Positions 1 to 11,710 of a DNA stretch of 64,000 nt are shown piece by piece. A program made the translations under genes and the position numbers. Where the stretch lies: the NCBI RefSeq assembly GCF_964355755.1, contig NC_092675.1, positions 10,783,812-10,847,811 of the forward strand. Reading direction: 5' to 3'. The notes beneath the pieces are model-generated. The model ran no database searches. It had not been told where the DNA came from and worked only from the letters and a program-made list of their open reading frames with translations. Source of the stretch: Antedon mediterranea. Its lineage: Eukaryota; Animalia; Echinodermata. Each line of letters starts with the position of its first letter. The stretch's first letter is position 1.

Positions 1-667
1 TTGTAATTTTTTTTTTAAGTGGACTGTTTTATATTGATAAGTATGTGTACTACACACACGTATCAAATTTATTATTCAAAGCTTACCCAGATCTGGTGGG
101 TTAGTTAAAAAAGGCCGAAAATCATTGTGAATTCCGTTACCGTGGAATTGCCCAGCAAATAATAATAAATTCAGTGTGTGTGACAGTGTATCAATACTAA
201 GTGGTACATTGTTTGGCGGTTTTGGCACTCCATAGATATTGTTTGTATGTGGCCAATTGCAAAGTTGCCCACGGTTTTATTTCGGTATGAAGCGCCGTCG
301 CTAGTACGCTGTTTTAATCATATTAGGTTTGATATCAATCGCGTTGTTACTTTGGTTGCGTTAAATGTAGTATACATTATAATGTTTATCCTTAATACAT
401 ACATAATTTGTGTTTTCCTTTTTATTTTACAGGTTTTAATGGAGTAATGTGCTTTTTGAAAATCAATTTTAAAAAATAGTTCCTTGTTTTGAAAGTTTCT
501 AAAAAGAAACTGATTTTCGAAAATTTTTAATTTAATATGATTTTAAAATTAGTTACCAAAGCCACAATTACAAATCTTTCTTCAACCTACAAGTGGATAC
601 CAGCTCATTTTTTAGGATAATATAATAAATGTATTAACGTGATATAGTAGGCCTATATTACTAATAA

Positions 668-1228
668 TAGTAAACTGAATGTTTATTAAAGACACAGACG
701 TAGCCTAAGGTCTCTATAAAATTTCACATATAAATAATTATGTACCTGTACTTTTAACTGACATATGCCAAATAATATTATAATGCAGAGTAACTACGGG
801 GTTTCTTCGCTGATGAGCTAGAGCATAGTTTAGGCTGAACAGTGAAGTAATTACGTTATAAATAAAATAAATAAACCAAATTAATATCCTCATATCGGGT
901 GTTTATTTAATTTTAAATTAAACAAGTCAGACGGACGTACAACGAATACACACATGCACATCATTATTTTTACGACATATTTGGTGATATGATGCAATTT
1001 TATAATGGATAATGATGGGATTGCCTTTCCGGGCTTATATATCAAATGTTCATTGTAATAATAATAAACTGAATGTTTATTAATAAAAATTGTTTTACAT
1101 AGTTTAAAGACACAGACGTAGCCTCTCTATAAAATTTCACATTTAAATAATTATGTACCTGTACTTTTAAATGACATATGCCGAAAAATATTTTTATAAT
1201 GCAGAGTAATTACGGGGTTACGCCGCTG
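668..1228 (+). repeat. Local direct duplication (~160 bp; copies ~668-830 and ~1063-1228)
   Basis: 'taaactgaatgtttattaa', 'agacacagacgtagcct', 'aaataattatgtacctgtacttttaa' and 'ataatgcagagtaa.tacgggg' occur twice in the same order. Confidence 0.85.
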
Positions 1229-1344
1229 TTTTTCCCCAAACTTTATTTTCAGAGAGACTATGGGGTAGTACCACTAGGGATAAAGATGCAATAAAGCAAA
1301 CATTTTGAAAACATTGTCAAAAATAATCATTTTTAGTCACGCGA

Positions 1345-1652
1345 AAGTTGTAAACAAGTTACGCCCTCTGTTGGCCGCTTGGCGAATGCACGAAATAAAC
1401 AAGGTTTTCGAAGTAATAAATTAAATATAAAATTACTTTTTTTTAGTAATTTATTATATAATATTATATTAAAATTTTTAATATCAATAAAATACGGATT
1501 GTTAAACACCATTAAAAACTTGATAAATACCAAAAAAAAATGAATTTGGTCTAAAGTGGGATGTTTCGGCCCAAAAGTGGGCCGAATTGTCCCAGGGCCG
1601 AATCGCCCTGGAACCCTTTGTGAGGGCCGACTTTGCGATGGGGCGACTTGAC
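1345..1652 (-). mobile_element. MITE end fragment, same family as 32746-33252
   Basis: 1351-1590 is the diverged reverse complement of ~33000-33252 (gttacgccctctgttggccgcttggcgaatgcacg...; ggtctaaagtg); short GGCCGA subterminal repeats. Confidence 0.8.
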
Positions 1653-1665
1653 TAGGCTAGCTAGG

Positions 1666-2320
1666 CCGAATACAGATCAATCCGGCCGCGATTCATTCCG
1701 GCCGCAACTATGGAGCGCCCAATGAGTCTTTTACAACCGAGACACGTTTTTGTAGAGAATCAAAATAAACATTAATTAGATGGACATTTGATTATTTGAA
1801 ATAAATATTAATATTTTACATATTGTTATTAACTATAATTAGTAAGTATGGGTACTGGAAAGATAAAGTGTTATAAAAATAAGGTTTTTAACTAATTTTT
1901 AATGTTAATGTAAAGCTATAAAATGTACATAGAAAGAAATTAAATATTGTTATTCAAGCATTAATTAGACGGGTATTTGATTATTTGAAAGGAAAAAGTT
2001 AATTTAAGTTTAGTTTGAAAGAAAAAGCAGTTCCAACTTCTTTGAATGTTAATGAAAAAAGTAAAATTGTTGCTAATATTAATAAATATTCAACTACCTA
2101 GTTCCATTTAAATTCTTTTTTCTTTTAATTCTTTTGATTGGTCACCAAGAATTTGTTATAACACTGAACAGTATAGAAAACGTAGATATGGCCGCTCCAT
2201 ACTAATTTTAAACGGCTACTTTGCACAGGAAGTCGAATTGAATAGCGGCCGGAGTGCATTACATCGCGCTAAACTGATACGGCGGCCGGAGTGAAGCCCG
2301 GCCGTAGTGATCGGCTTCCG
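1666..2320 (+). mobile_element. Non-autonomous DNA transposon (MITE) with 15-bp CCGGCCGC subterminal repeats, copy 1
   Basis: Begins gaatacagatca, ends tgatcggcttccg; near-identical in reverse complement to 2564-3516. Confidence 0.8.
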
Positions 2321-2563
2321 CACGCTAGGCCTAGCCCAGCTAGTTAGTTAGGTAGGCTAGTACTATATAGAATAGTAGCATCCAAACAATCAATGCAACA
2401 ACAATGCGATACCAGTAATACTAGACCTAGGCCAAGCCTACCGCTGCTGCTGGCGATACCGGGCTCTAGGCCTAGCCTACTACTACTAGCTAGGCCTAGG
2501 CCCTACTAGGTTAGGTAGCCTACCTAGAGCTAGGCCTCTACTCTAGCCTAGCTAGGTTAGGCG

Positions 2564-3516
2564 GTAGCCGATCACTCCGGCCGCGCTTCACTCCGGCCGC
2601 CGTATCAGTTTAGCGCGATGTTATGCACTCCGGCCGCTATTCAATTCGACTTCCTGTGCAAAGGGGCCGTTAGTATGGAGCGCCCATATCTACGTTTTCT
2701 ATACTGTTCAGTGTTATAACAAATTCTTGGTGAATTTAAATGGAACTAGTTGAATATTTATTAGCAACAATTTTACTTGTTTCATTAACAATAACATTCA
2801 AAGAAGTTGGAACTGCTTTTTCTTTCAAACTAAACTTAACTTAATTAAATTCAATAATAAAATAATAATCAAATACCCGTCTAATTAATGCTTGAATAAC
2901 AATATTTAATTTCTTTCTATGTACATTTATTTTTATAGCTTTACATTTATTAACATTAAAAATTAGTTAAAACCCTTATTTTTATAACACTTTATCTTGC
3001 CAGTACCCATACTTACTAATTATAGTTAATAACAATATTTACAATATTAATTAATTTATTTCAAATAATCAAATATCCGTCTAATTAATGTTACCTGGAA
3101 TTGTATCAAGAATTAATATATCATTTTTGTACAGTCCAATTTACAATGATTTTATATTTTAATTTATATATGATAAAAATAATATGACATATAGGGTACA
3201 TTGCAATAAATTACATTAATTAATCACATTACAATTAATATACTAGCCTATTACATTGGATAAAACACATAAATTATTTTGTTCTAGCATTAGACCTAAT
3301 TTAAAACACTTGCGATGTTGTTGTGATCCTGAAAGAGAAAAAATATACTGTATTATTACAAATGTTTATTTTGATTCTCTACAAAAAACGTGTCTCGGTT
3401 GTAAAAGACTCATTGGGCGCTCCATAGCTGCGGCCGGAATGAATCGCGGCCGGAATGAATCGCGGCCGGATTTGAAGCGCGGCCGGAGTGAAGCGCGGCC
3501 GGAGTGATCTGTATTC
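2564..3516 (-). mobile_element. MITE copy 2 (MULE-like), inverted relative to copy 1
   Basis: Flanked by direct repeat ggttaggcg (2555-2563 / 3517-3525); 15-bp repeats gcggccggagtgaag; carries ~270 bp absent from copy 1. Confidence 0.8.
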
Positions 3517-3699
3517 GGTTAGGCGGGATCCCTCCAGTCTGGCTAGGCCTAGCTAGGGTACGCCCTAGCTAGGCTATAATTATTATTAGTAATATTACTA
3601 AGTTAGTAACTAACCTGATTAACCATGTCTTGTAGTACTACCTAATATTTAGGCCTCTAGGTCTAGCCTAGGCCTAGAAGCAACAACCTAAGCCTACTT

Positions 3700-4070
3700 T
3701 TTCTTTCAAATGTAATTCTTCCGCGCGCCAACTAGCCTCCTCCTCTCCTCTCCTCTCTTTTATTCTTTCATCGCGCATATCGTGTGTCGTAGATTCTCTG
3801 ATCTTTTGATTTTTGAAAATTGCTGCTGCCAGCAGACCAACCTCGATATGGTGGGTTACTTTTGCCTCACTACCGAATAGGAAGTCGTAGTCTCGCGTGA
3901 AACAGACTACTGTAATAATGGTTGCTGATTCTATGATTAAAAGTTGGTAAAATATCACAACAAAACAGCGGGTGAATGAAAGGAATTGTATGTGTTTGAA
4001 AATGATATATAAATCTAACTAACTGTGAATCCAAATGGTAAACGAGTGATGGTATTATGACTACTGTAAG
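3700..4070 (+). promoter_or_regulatory. Putative promoter / non-coding first exon of fem-1
   Basis: CpG-richer patch; donor AAG|GTAATT at 4071; acceptor ttattatttacag ending 4281; exon start not determinable. Confidence 0.5.
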
Positions 4071-4413
4071 GTAATTTAGAGTGATTTAGTTGCCAATTTG
4101 GTACTGTATTTTTCCTCCTGGTGTCTGTCATATTGAAACTGAACATTTATTTTGTTTACCGTTCATTTTTTTACAAATTAATAAATACAGTATATGGCTT
4201 AGAAGTTAAATATATATATATATACATATATCTTTGTTTAATTTTATATACATTATGAATTTCATTGTTTATTATTTACAGGTTTTGTTTGGAAACGATC
4301 ATTTATAAATTCGGGTCGTCGTCGTCGGCTCTGGAATTTTACCAAAACGATGACGATTGGAGAGAGACTCATGATATAAATATGCGTTAATTATTTTTGT
4401 AAAATAACTAAAT

Positions 4414-6360
4414 ATGCCTATAAAACGAATGATTCAGGTACAAGAAATGTCCAAGAGTAAATCTATCTCTGTCATAGAAAATCCAGAACACCTAAAAGTG
4501 TTTAAAAATGTCGTTTTTCAGTCTGCTCGTCAAGGAAAGCTGACCACACTGCGAGGCATCCTGGATTCGCTATCGAAGGAGGAAGTGCAATATATTGTGT
4601 CAACAGTAACAGAGAGTACTACACCATTGCTCATGGCCTGTCGCCATGGGCATCTAGATATTGTAAATTATTTTATTGAACAGTGCATCGCTGATTATGA
4701 ACAAGTCGGATCTGTGACTTTTGACGGCGAAACCGTTGATGGAGCTCCGCCACTATGGTGCGCTGCTGCTGCAGGCCATTTTAACATAGTTCAGTCACTA
4801 ATAAAACATGGAGCAGATGTCAATCATACAACATTCTCTAATTCAACACCATTACGTGCAGCATGTTTTGATGGTCACTATGATATTGTAAAGTACCTTG
4901 TGCAACACAAAGCAGATATTGAAGTTGCAAATCGTCATGGTCACACATGTCTCATGATCTCGTGTTATAAAGGTCATTTTAAAATTGCAAAATATCTGCT
5001 GGAGCTTGGAGCAAATGTTAATCGAAAGAGTGTAAAGGGCAATACAGCATTGCATGATTGCGCTGAATCGGGAAGCTTAGAAATAATGAAGCTCCTTTTT
5101 CTGAAATACCATGCAAAAATGGAAAATGATGCATACAATATGACACCTCTTTTAGCTGCAGCAGTTGCAGGTCATAGAAACATTGTTGATTTTCTTGTGT
5201 TAAGATATGAAATTGATAAACTGGAGAAGATTGATGCATTAGAATTAATGGGAGCAACATATATTGATAAGAAGCGTGATGTGCTACAGGCATTAAAATA
5301 CTGGAATCGTGCAATGGAAGAACGTTATAAGGATCCAAGAAAAGTGGTAAAAAAATCAAGACCAGATGATCTTATACCTGCTTATGAATATGCTATAGAA
5401 GCTGAGAGTGCCGATGAACTTGAGAATATTGTGTCAGATGTGGACTTAATGCGAATGCAAGCATTATTAATACGAGAACGAATATTGGGTCCAGCCCATC
5501 CTGACACAACTTACTACATTCGATACCGTGGTGCCGTTTATGCCGATTCTGGAAACTTTGATCGCTGTATACAATTGTGGATGTATGCACTTGACATGCA
5601 ACAGAGTGTACTTGAACCACTTAACCCAATGACCCAAAGTAGTTTGTTGTCATTTGCAGAGCTATTTTCATACATGATGTCAGAACGTAATGGCCAAAGA
5701 GTATATAGTAATTTATCATTTGTTGATATGAAAACTGTTTATCTAAAAGGAGTAAAAGAAATTGAACGTGCAATCACCGTCGTCGGCAAGCCTATGCCAT
5801 TAACAGAAAAAGATATGATGAATTTTAACCGATGTCTGCAGATATTAATGCATCTTATGAACCTTGTTGCAAAGTTGGAGTGTAAGCCAGAAGATGCACA
5901 GGTTATTAAACGTGCCACTTACAAGTTGCTAAAGATTAATCCAAAGGGAATGAATGGTTATGAGCCACTACATTTAGCTGTTGATAAAGACACCTCAGCA
6001 GTTGGTCGCTACCCAGTCTGTTGTTTCCCAGATAAGAATGTTGTTTCACTTTTGATAGATTGTGGCGCGGATTTAAATGCCGTTGACGTCAACAGAAACA
6101 CTCCTCTTCATATTGCAGCCATGTCTCTAAAAGACAATTGCATTGAAGTTATGAAGTTCCTTATAGAATCAGGTACACATATAGATAGTCGCAATTCAAA
6201 CAACAAAACTGCTCTTGAGCTTGTTGAAGGTACATGTGATATATGTCCAATGAACTATGTTACATTAAAATGTTTGGCAGCGAAGGTCATTTTACAGCAT
6301 AACATTCTGTACAAAGGTCATGTACCTTGTAAACTAGAAGGCTTTATTGAATCTCACTGA
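4414..6360 (+). CDS. fem1c: Protein fem-1 homolog (FEM1A/FEM1C-like), ankyrin/TPR substrate adaptor of CUL2-ElonginBC ligase
   Basis: 648-aa ORF with hallmark motifs GSVTFDGETVDGAPPLWCAAAAGH, NSTPLRAACFDGH, RERILGPAHPDTTYYIRYRGAVYADSG and C-terminal BC/VHL box VTLKCLAAKVI; true start Met uncertain. Confidence 0.96.
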   Translation: MPIKRMIQVQEMSKSKSISVIENPEHLKVFKNVVFQSARQGKLTTLRGILDSLSKEEVQYIVSTVTESTTPLLMACRHGHLDIVNYFIEQCIADYEQVGSVTFDGETVDGAPPLWCAAAAGHFNIVQSLIKHGADVNHTTFSNSTPLRAACFDGHYDIVKYLVQHKADIEVANRHGHTCLMISCYKGHFKIAKYLLELGANVNRKSVKGNTALHDCAESGSLEIMKLLFLKYHAKMENDAYNMTPLLAAAVAGHRNIVDFLVLRYEIDKLEKIDALELMGATYIDKKRDVLQALKYWNRAMEERYKDPRKVVKKSRPDDLIPAYEYAIEAESADELENIVSDVDLMRMQALLIRERILGPAHPDTTYYIRYRGAVYADSGNFDRCIQLWMYALDMQQSVLEPLNPMTQSSLLSFAELFSYMMSERNGQRVYSNLSFVDMKTVYLKGVKEIERAITVVGKPMPLTEKDMMNFNRCLQILMHLMNLVAKLECKPEDAQVIKRATYKLLKINPKGMNGYEPLHLAVDKDTSAVGRYPVCCFPDKNVVSLLIDCGADLNAVDVNRNTPLHIAAMSLKDNCIEVMKFLIESGTHIDSRNSNNKTALELVEGTCDICPMNYVTLKCLAAKVILQHNILYKGHVPCKLEGFIESH

Positions 6361-6392
6361 TGTAAGCATTACTTTAATATCATCAAGAAAAA

Positions 6393-7028
6393 TTCGATCT
6401 AAGTCGGCCCTAAACCATCTCGGCCTCCGTCAACTTGGCCTCAAGTTAACTCAGCTCAAAACTAATCGGGTCAAATCGGCCTTAATAAAGTGTGGAACGC
6501 AGAAAGTGCAAACAAATCGAATGGATAAAAAATACTATTCAATATTTCTTCACATTTTTGACAAGAATTCTATCAAAGAATAAAAAATATAAATAATTTT
6601 ACTATTAAACTTTTCTTATACAGTACTAAGCAAAGAACATTTTACAATACAGTAATTAATATCACAGTAATTATAATTAAAGCAGTTATATTTATTTCGA
6701 ATCTACCATACAAGAAAAATAATCACAATAGATTCAGGACGATCCAATAATTCTTGCAAAAAGAATAGCTACAGTAGCTGGGGTCAAGACTAATATTAAT
6801 AATACCACATAGCCCTAGGCTAATAATATATTTACAAAATTAATATTATGACCAGGGCCTCTACCACACAAATTCTATTTCAATAGTTATACTAGTTCTA
6901 CTTTATTAGGGCCGAGTTAACCGATTAGTTTGATGCCGAGTTAACACGAGGCTGAGTTGACGTTGGGCCGACTTGACGCGGAGCTGGCTTGACTTTGGCC
7001 AAGATGGTTTAGGGCCGACTTGATTGAA
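6393..7028 (+). mobile_element. MITE with inverted arrays of 15-bp GGCCGAGTTGAC repeats, ~30 bp after the fem-1 stop
   Basis: Ends aagtcggccctaaaccatct / agatggtttagggccgactt; same family as 36311-37077. Confidence 0.85.
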
Positions 7029-8158
7029 CTGTGCTTTATTAATGTAAATTGCTCGTGCAGTTCTAAAGTAAAAACACAGCCTTGATTTGAATTCAGGACA
7101 TGCCTACCGAAGCATAGTACTGTAGTTGTCTTTGATTAATGCTCGTTTATTCTTTTACTACTTTTAGTTTCCCTAATTATTATTCTCTAATGTGATCAAA
7201 TGCTGTTTTACATATTGATGTCTCAATTTCTAAAATTATATATATGATGCAAGGGATTTACACAAACTTGTGCTATAGCTCTTTTTTGTTAAAAGATCTA
7301 TAATAATTACATTTTTTTTAAAGGAAATTTGAGATTGAGAGAACAGTCCCATATTCAATCATTTTAATTACATCATCATTTTAATTGCAAACAACGGTCA
7401 TCTTTCACATTAGAATTCGATGTTGTCATACAGTACTGTAGTAGGATATTTTAACTCCTAAAATGCCCTTAAGGTGTGCAAATTCTACACATCTACAGCA
7501 TCCCTTAATGTGTTGAGGGGTGCAATTTGTAACAAACCTACCTTTCAAAAGACAAGGCCTGTTTTTGTTTTTACTTTAATATCAGATTTTTATTCTTCAA
7601 AAATATACATATATATTACAGAGGATGGTGGGGTTGATGCTTGATTTAAAAGTGGGAGTTTGCATGACCACACCAAATCACCAAAGGTTGATAATTAATA
7701 TGGCCATTTAGCTCTAAAAAGTCTTTGTTCAGAGTGATAATAAATAAAAAATAATGCTGGTCAAATGTAGACATTTAAATTTATTTCAGAAATGCCACTC
7801 TATGATCAGATATACTGTATGTTCTAAATTCATTTGAGCATTATAATTCATAGTATATCATGCCACTAATATAGTTAAAACGATTTGTCTAAATTTTAGG
7901 GTTGATTTTATACTCGCGTATTTGAAATTAATATGATTTGAACACCAGAAAATATCTAAATAATAAATAAATTTAGTTCAGAAGTGCATCGCATTATGAT
8001 CAGTTGTAGCAATTGTAACATCACAAACGTGTGAAAAAAGTACTAATTATTTGATATCGCAAATTCTTGCCCATGGCGATTAGTTGTACTGTACAATCAA
8101 TCAATTACATCACAACCAATTGCATGGTTGCATGGAATGCACATTTGAATAGTGTATA

Positions 8159-8290
8159 TTAAACAAATAATGAATGTTTATGAGTGTGATGGTACAAATA
8201 ATTTCATGAGGTGAAAGATTGAATTCATATTACACCGAATGAAATTATGTGTACCATCGCACGAATATAAAAACATTCATTATTTGTTTT
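8159..8290. repeat. Imperfect ~130-bp palindrome (MITE or Crypton-like remnant)
   Basis: aaacaaataatgaatgttt ... aaacattcattatttgttt with inner arms gatggtacaaataatttcat / atgaaattatgtgtaccatc. Confidence 0.7.
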
Positions 8291-10209
8291 TAACATCTAA
8301 TTAAATTCTTGTCATTGTTCTGATCATGTTTTGAAGGAGAAATCGCGTTGCTGCTTCTGTTCACATAACAGGCAATGCTGCTATTGGATTTCACAGATTT
8401 TTTTTTCCCCCGTTCACAACAAAAATTAAGGTGCTATTCCATGTTTGTTTAATAGTACATACTATTGCATGCCATGTGATGTACAATCGTCCGATCAAAA
8501 TATAATATAATTTAATTTATGAGTGTGTGATCATATCATACAGTATGTGCTCATGTACCCTGCAAGTATGTTTACACTAAATTGAAAGTTAAAATATTGC
8601 ACTACCGGTAATAGTAAATGGTGAAAAGGAATATATAATTACCTGTATATCTATAGCCAAAATGTGTCAGGCCATTAAAATTCTTTTTTTTTGTTGCTAT
8701 GTTCTATTAAATTTATTTCAGCGAATTATTAGCTTTCCTTTCCTTGTAAAACATTTACGTATTTTCAAACTGTAGAGTCCATATCCATCCATATTTTGAC
8801 TTAATATGTTTGAATGAATACAACTCTACAAGTACTGCATGTTTACAATGATGAAGTATTCGTTTCATATAGTATTACTTGAACTATTATTAATGTTTAT
8901 ACCAGATTACTTTGTTTGAATACAAATATTATTGTTTAAAGATTTACATGGCAAAGAAATGCTTAAAACACTCTTTAGAAATATTAAATCAAAATTAGGA
9001 AAGACATTTTTTATAACCAACTATTTACTACAAAAAAGATTGTATTCTTACAAAAAACAAAAGATTTTATTTGTTTTTCTTTTAGGTTTTTAGGGGTTGA
9101 TGTGCAATTGATGATATAAATATAATATTTATCTATAGTATAAGCAACACTTTGTATTTTCAGAAGTTAAAATTAGCCTACTTTTGTTCCATATTACGGC
9201 ACAGTTTATGATTCTTAAAATGGAACAACAGAAGATGCTCACACTCACTATGCATATTAGAAGTATTAGGTAGTCAACAGCAGAAGTTGACCGACATTCA
9301 TTAGAAGAATATGAATACTAATGTCTGTAGAATTTCCAATTTTGAATTAAAAACAATATAGACAATATATGTGTTTTAAATACCATGGTACAGTCTAAAT
9401 AATTATTTGTTTGCTTTTTCAAAGTTGATTTTGTTAAGTTTGCTGTTTGACATAATATAGTAATCATTAAAAGACTGGACTGTTTTTTGTGTGTATTTTG
9501 TATATTATTTGTAACTGTACCACCAGGGTTTGTTTTAGGCTATTTTAGCATAGCAGGACTGTACGTCCATGATTTTGAGAAGTTTTAATGATGCCATAAC
9601 TAACTGCAAGGAGAGCCATTATTTAAAAAATGTCCGAACTATGGTTGTTATGAGGTGTTGTGCATGTTTATTTGTCACTCATCCACAAAGCTGGATGCAG
9701 ACCCCCGAATCAAAAAATAAAAACAAACTGTAAAAATGAGATACAATTTTCTAAACATGATTTACTATCTTTGACAGGCTGTAAACAAAAAAGCAAAAAG
9801 CATGATCACTCAACAACCATGACGTTATCAGGGCACCATTTTGTGAATTCAGCATCAATTATATTCATAACCAATATAGATAGAGATATCAATCAAATTT
9901 ACTGCACTTATAACTTCAGGTCACGTGTTAACATAACATATAAGTGCAATGTTCAGAGCCCTAGCATCTCTATTTGTCAAATATTCTTACCATGCTTGGC
10001 ATGGAGACCCTTATATTTTGTTTCACAAACAAAAAAGAATGGTACTGTAGCTTGATGGTTGCAATCACAACATGCAATCACAACATCCAATCCCAACATC
10101 CAATCCTAACCTATAGTGCCAGAGTTGTAACTTAAGATTTCATTCAACTCCACTCACTAATCTTCAAATAGGTACAGTATAAGCACGATAAATTATATAA
10201 AAGTTTATC

Positions 10210-10248
10210 CTGGGAGGTATAAAAATAATTTATTTTTATACCTCCCTG
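10210..10248. mobile_element. 39-bp hairpin micro-element
   Basis: ctgggaggtataaaaataa-t-ttatttttatacctccctg flanked by gtttatc / gtttatt. Confidence 0.65.
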
Positions 10249-10252
10249 GTTT

Positions 10253-10916
10253 ATTTACCTCCGCCAAGGAGGTATATGTAATCAATCGCGTGTGTTTGTC
10301 TGTTTGTTTGTTAGCAGGATTACTCAAAAAGTAATTACAAGATCTTTACCAAAATGAATATACAGATAGATATGTGGTCAAGGACCATTCCATTAAATTT
10401 TGGGACCATGGTCCCAATTCTGAACCACTTTTTAGTATACTTTTCAGACCTGCTGGTGTTAAAAGATAGGACAGAATTTTTCAAAAGCCGACGAGCAGTC
10501 TTGAGTATTAAGTAAACTGAAATTGCATTTTCTCGAGAACTACTTGTCCAAAAAACTTCATTTTTGTACAAGAGGCAAGAGTTATAATTGGTGATTTGTA
10601 ATTTTAAAACATAATTTGATTTAATGTGCAACTTTTTTGATGCGAGTAGTTTAAAAAACCTATTTCTTTTCAAATTCACTCGTTTCATTTTCGCGTTGCT
10701 GTTCTATTGTTAGTCAACTGAAGCTATTGTTAATTGAAAGGCTTGTTACTTAACCATTACACCAAACTCGCATACACATGCTTGTAGTGAAATTAGCCTA
10801 AATCACAAACAGCATTAAGACATACACAAATATATATATTTTTTCCCGGAGAAATCTTATGTAGGAGAATTTTACAGTAGGCGGAGGTATGCACTCTCGG
10901 AGTGGCTTTCTAGTTC
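10253..10916 (+). mobile_element. Non-autonomous Helentron-type element (HINE/DINE-like)
   Basis: 5' ttacctccgccaaggagg, (tgtt/tgtc)n microsatellite, 3' subTIR ggcggaggta, hairpin cactctcggagtg, end tttctagtt. Confidence 0.8.
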
Positions 10917-11710
10917 ATCCTGTAATTTGTGAGTTACTGGGTGTTGAATGAGTATGAACAAAATAAAAGTGAGAAGTCATCCTGTATCATTTTTTTCCAT
11001 ATTTTATTCGGTTTTCCAACAGGTCTCTTTAATTTCTTATTATTTGAATCATGAGGTTTTATACAAATCATACATATTGGTGAAAACTAGATTGAGCATT
11101 TCCATTGGGACAATAGTAGTGATAGACAAAGGGCGCAAAATGATACAAAATATTAATCTGCATATACATAGTTTACAAATCCAGTATATATCCGGTTCAT
11201 TATCGGGAATGATTTTATTTAAAATCCAGTCAGCACATTTGTGTCGTCCTTGCCGTATGTGAAAACTTCTTGATGGTCATTTCTCCACCTACTAAAAGTG
11301 GAGTAATCCTAGATTCTGTTTTAAAACAATGTCAGCTCTAATACAATTAAATTGTTATATTTAATATAGGGTTTACAAAAATATAGTAAATAAATCCACT
11401 AATAGCAGAATGCAACTTTAAAAAGTACAGTAAAATTAGACTTGCAGTTGTAGTTTCCCTTACAATGCATCTGTCAGTTTATTCATAATTAGAACACGCT
11501 GGGATTCTGGATAGATGCTTGTTGATGTATTTTATATGTGACATGATTTTGCATTTCAACATAGATTATCATTTTTACACCATTTCTTTTTAGTTATGAA
11601 GAACGATTACTGCTAAAGTATGCCGATTAAAATTTAAAATTGTGGGTCAATAAGGAAGAATCAAATATAGTCAGGGAGATCTAGATGAGACATCACTCTG
11701 GTCTATTTTG

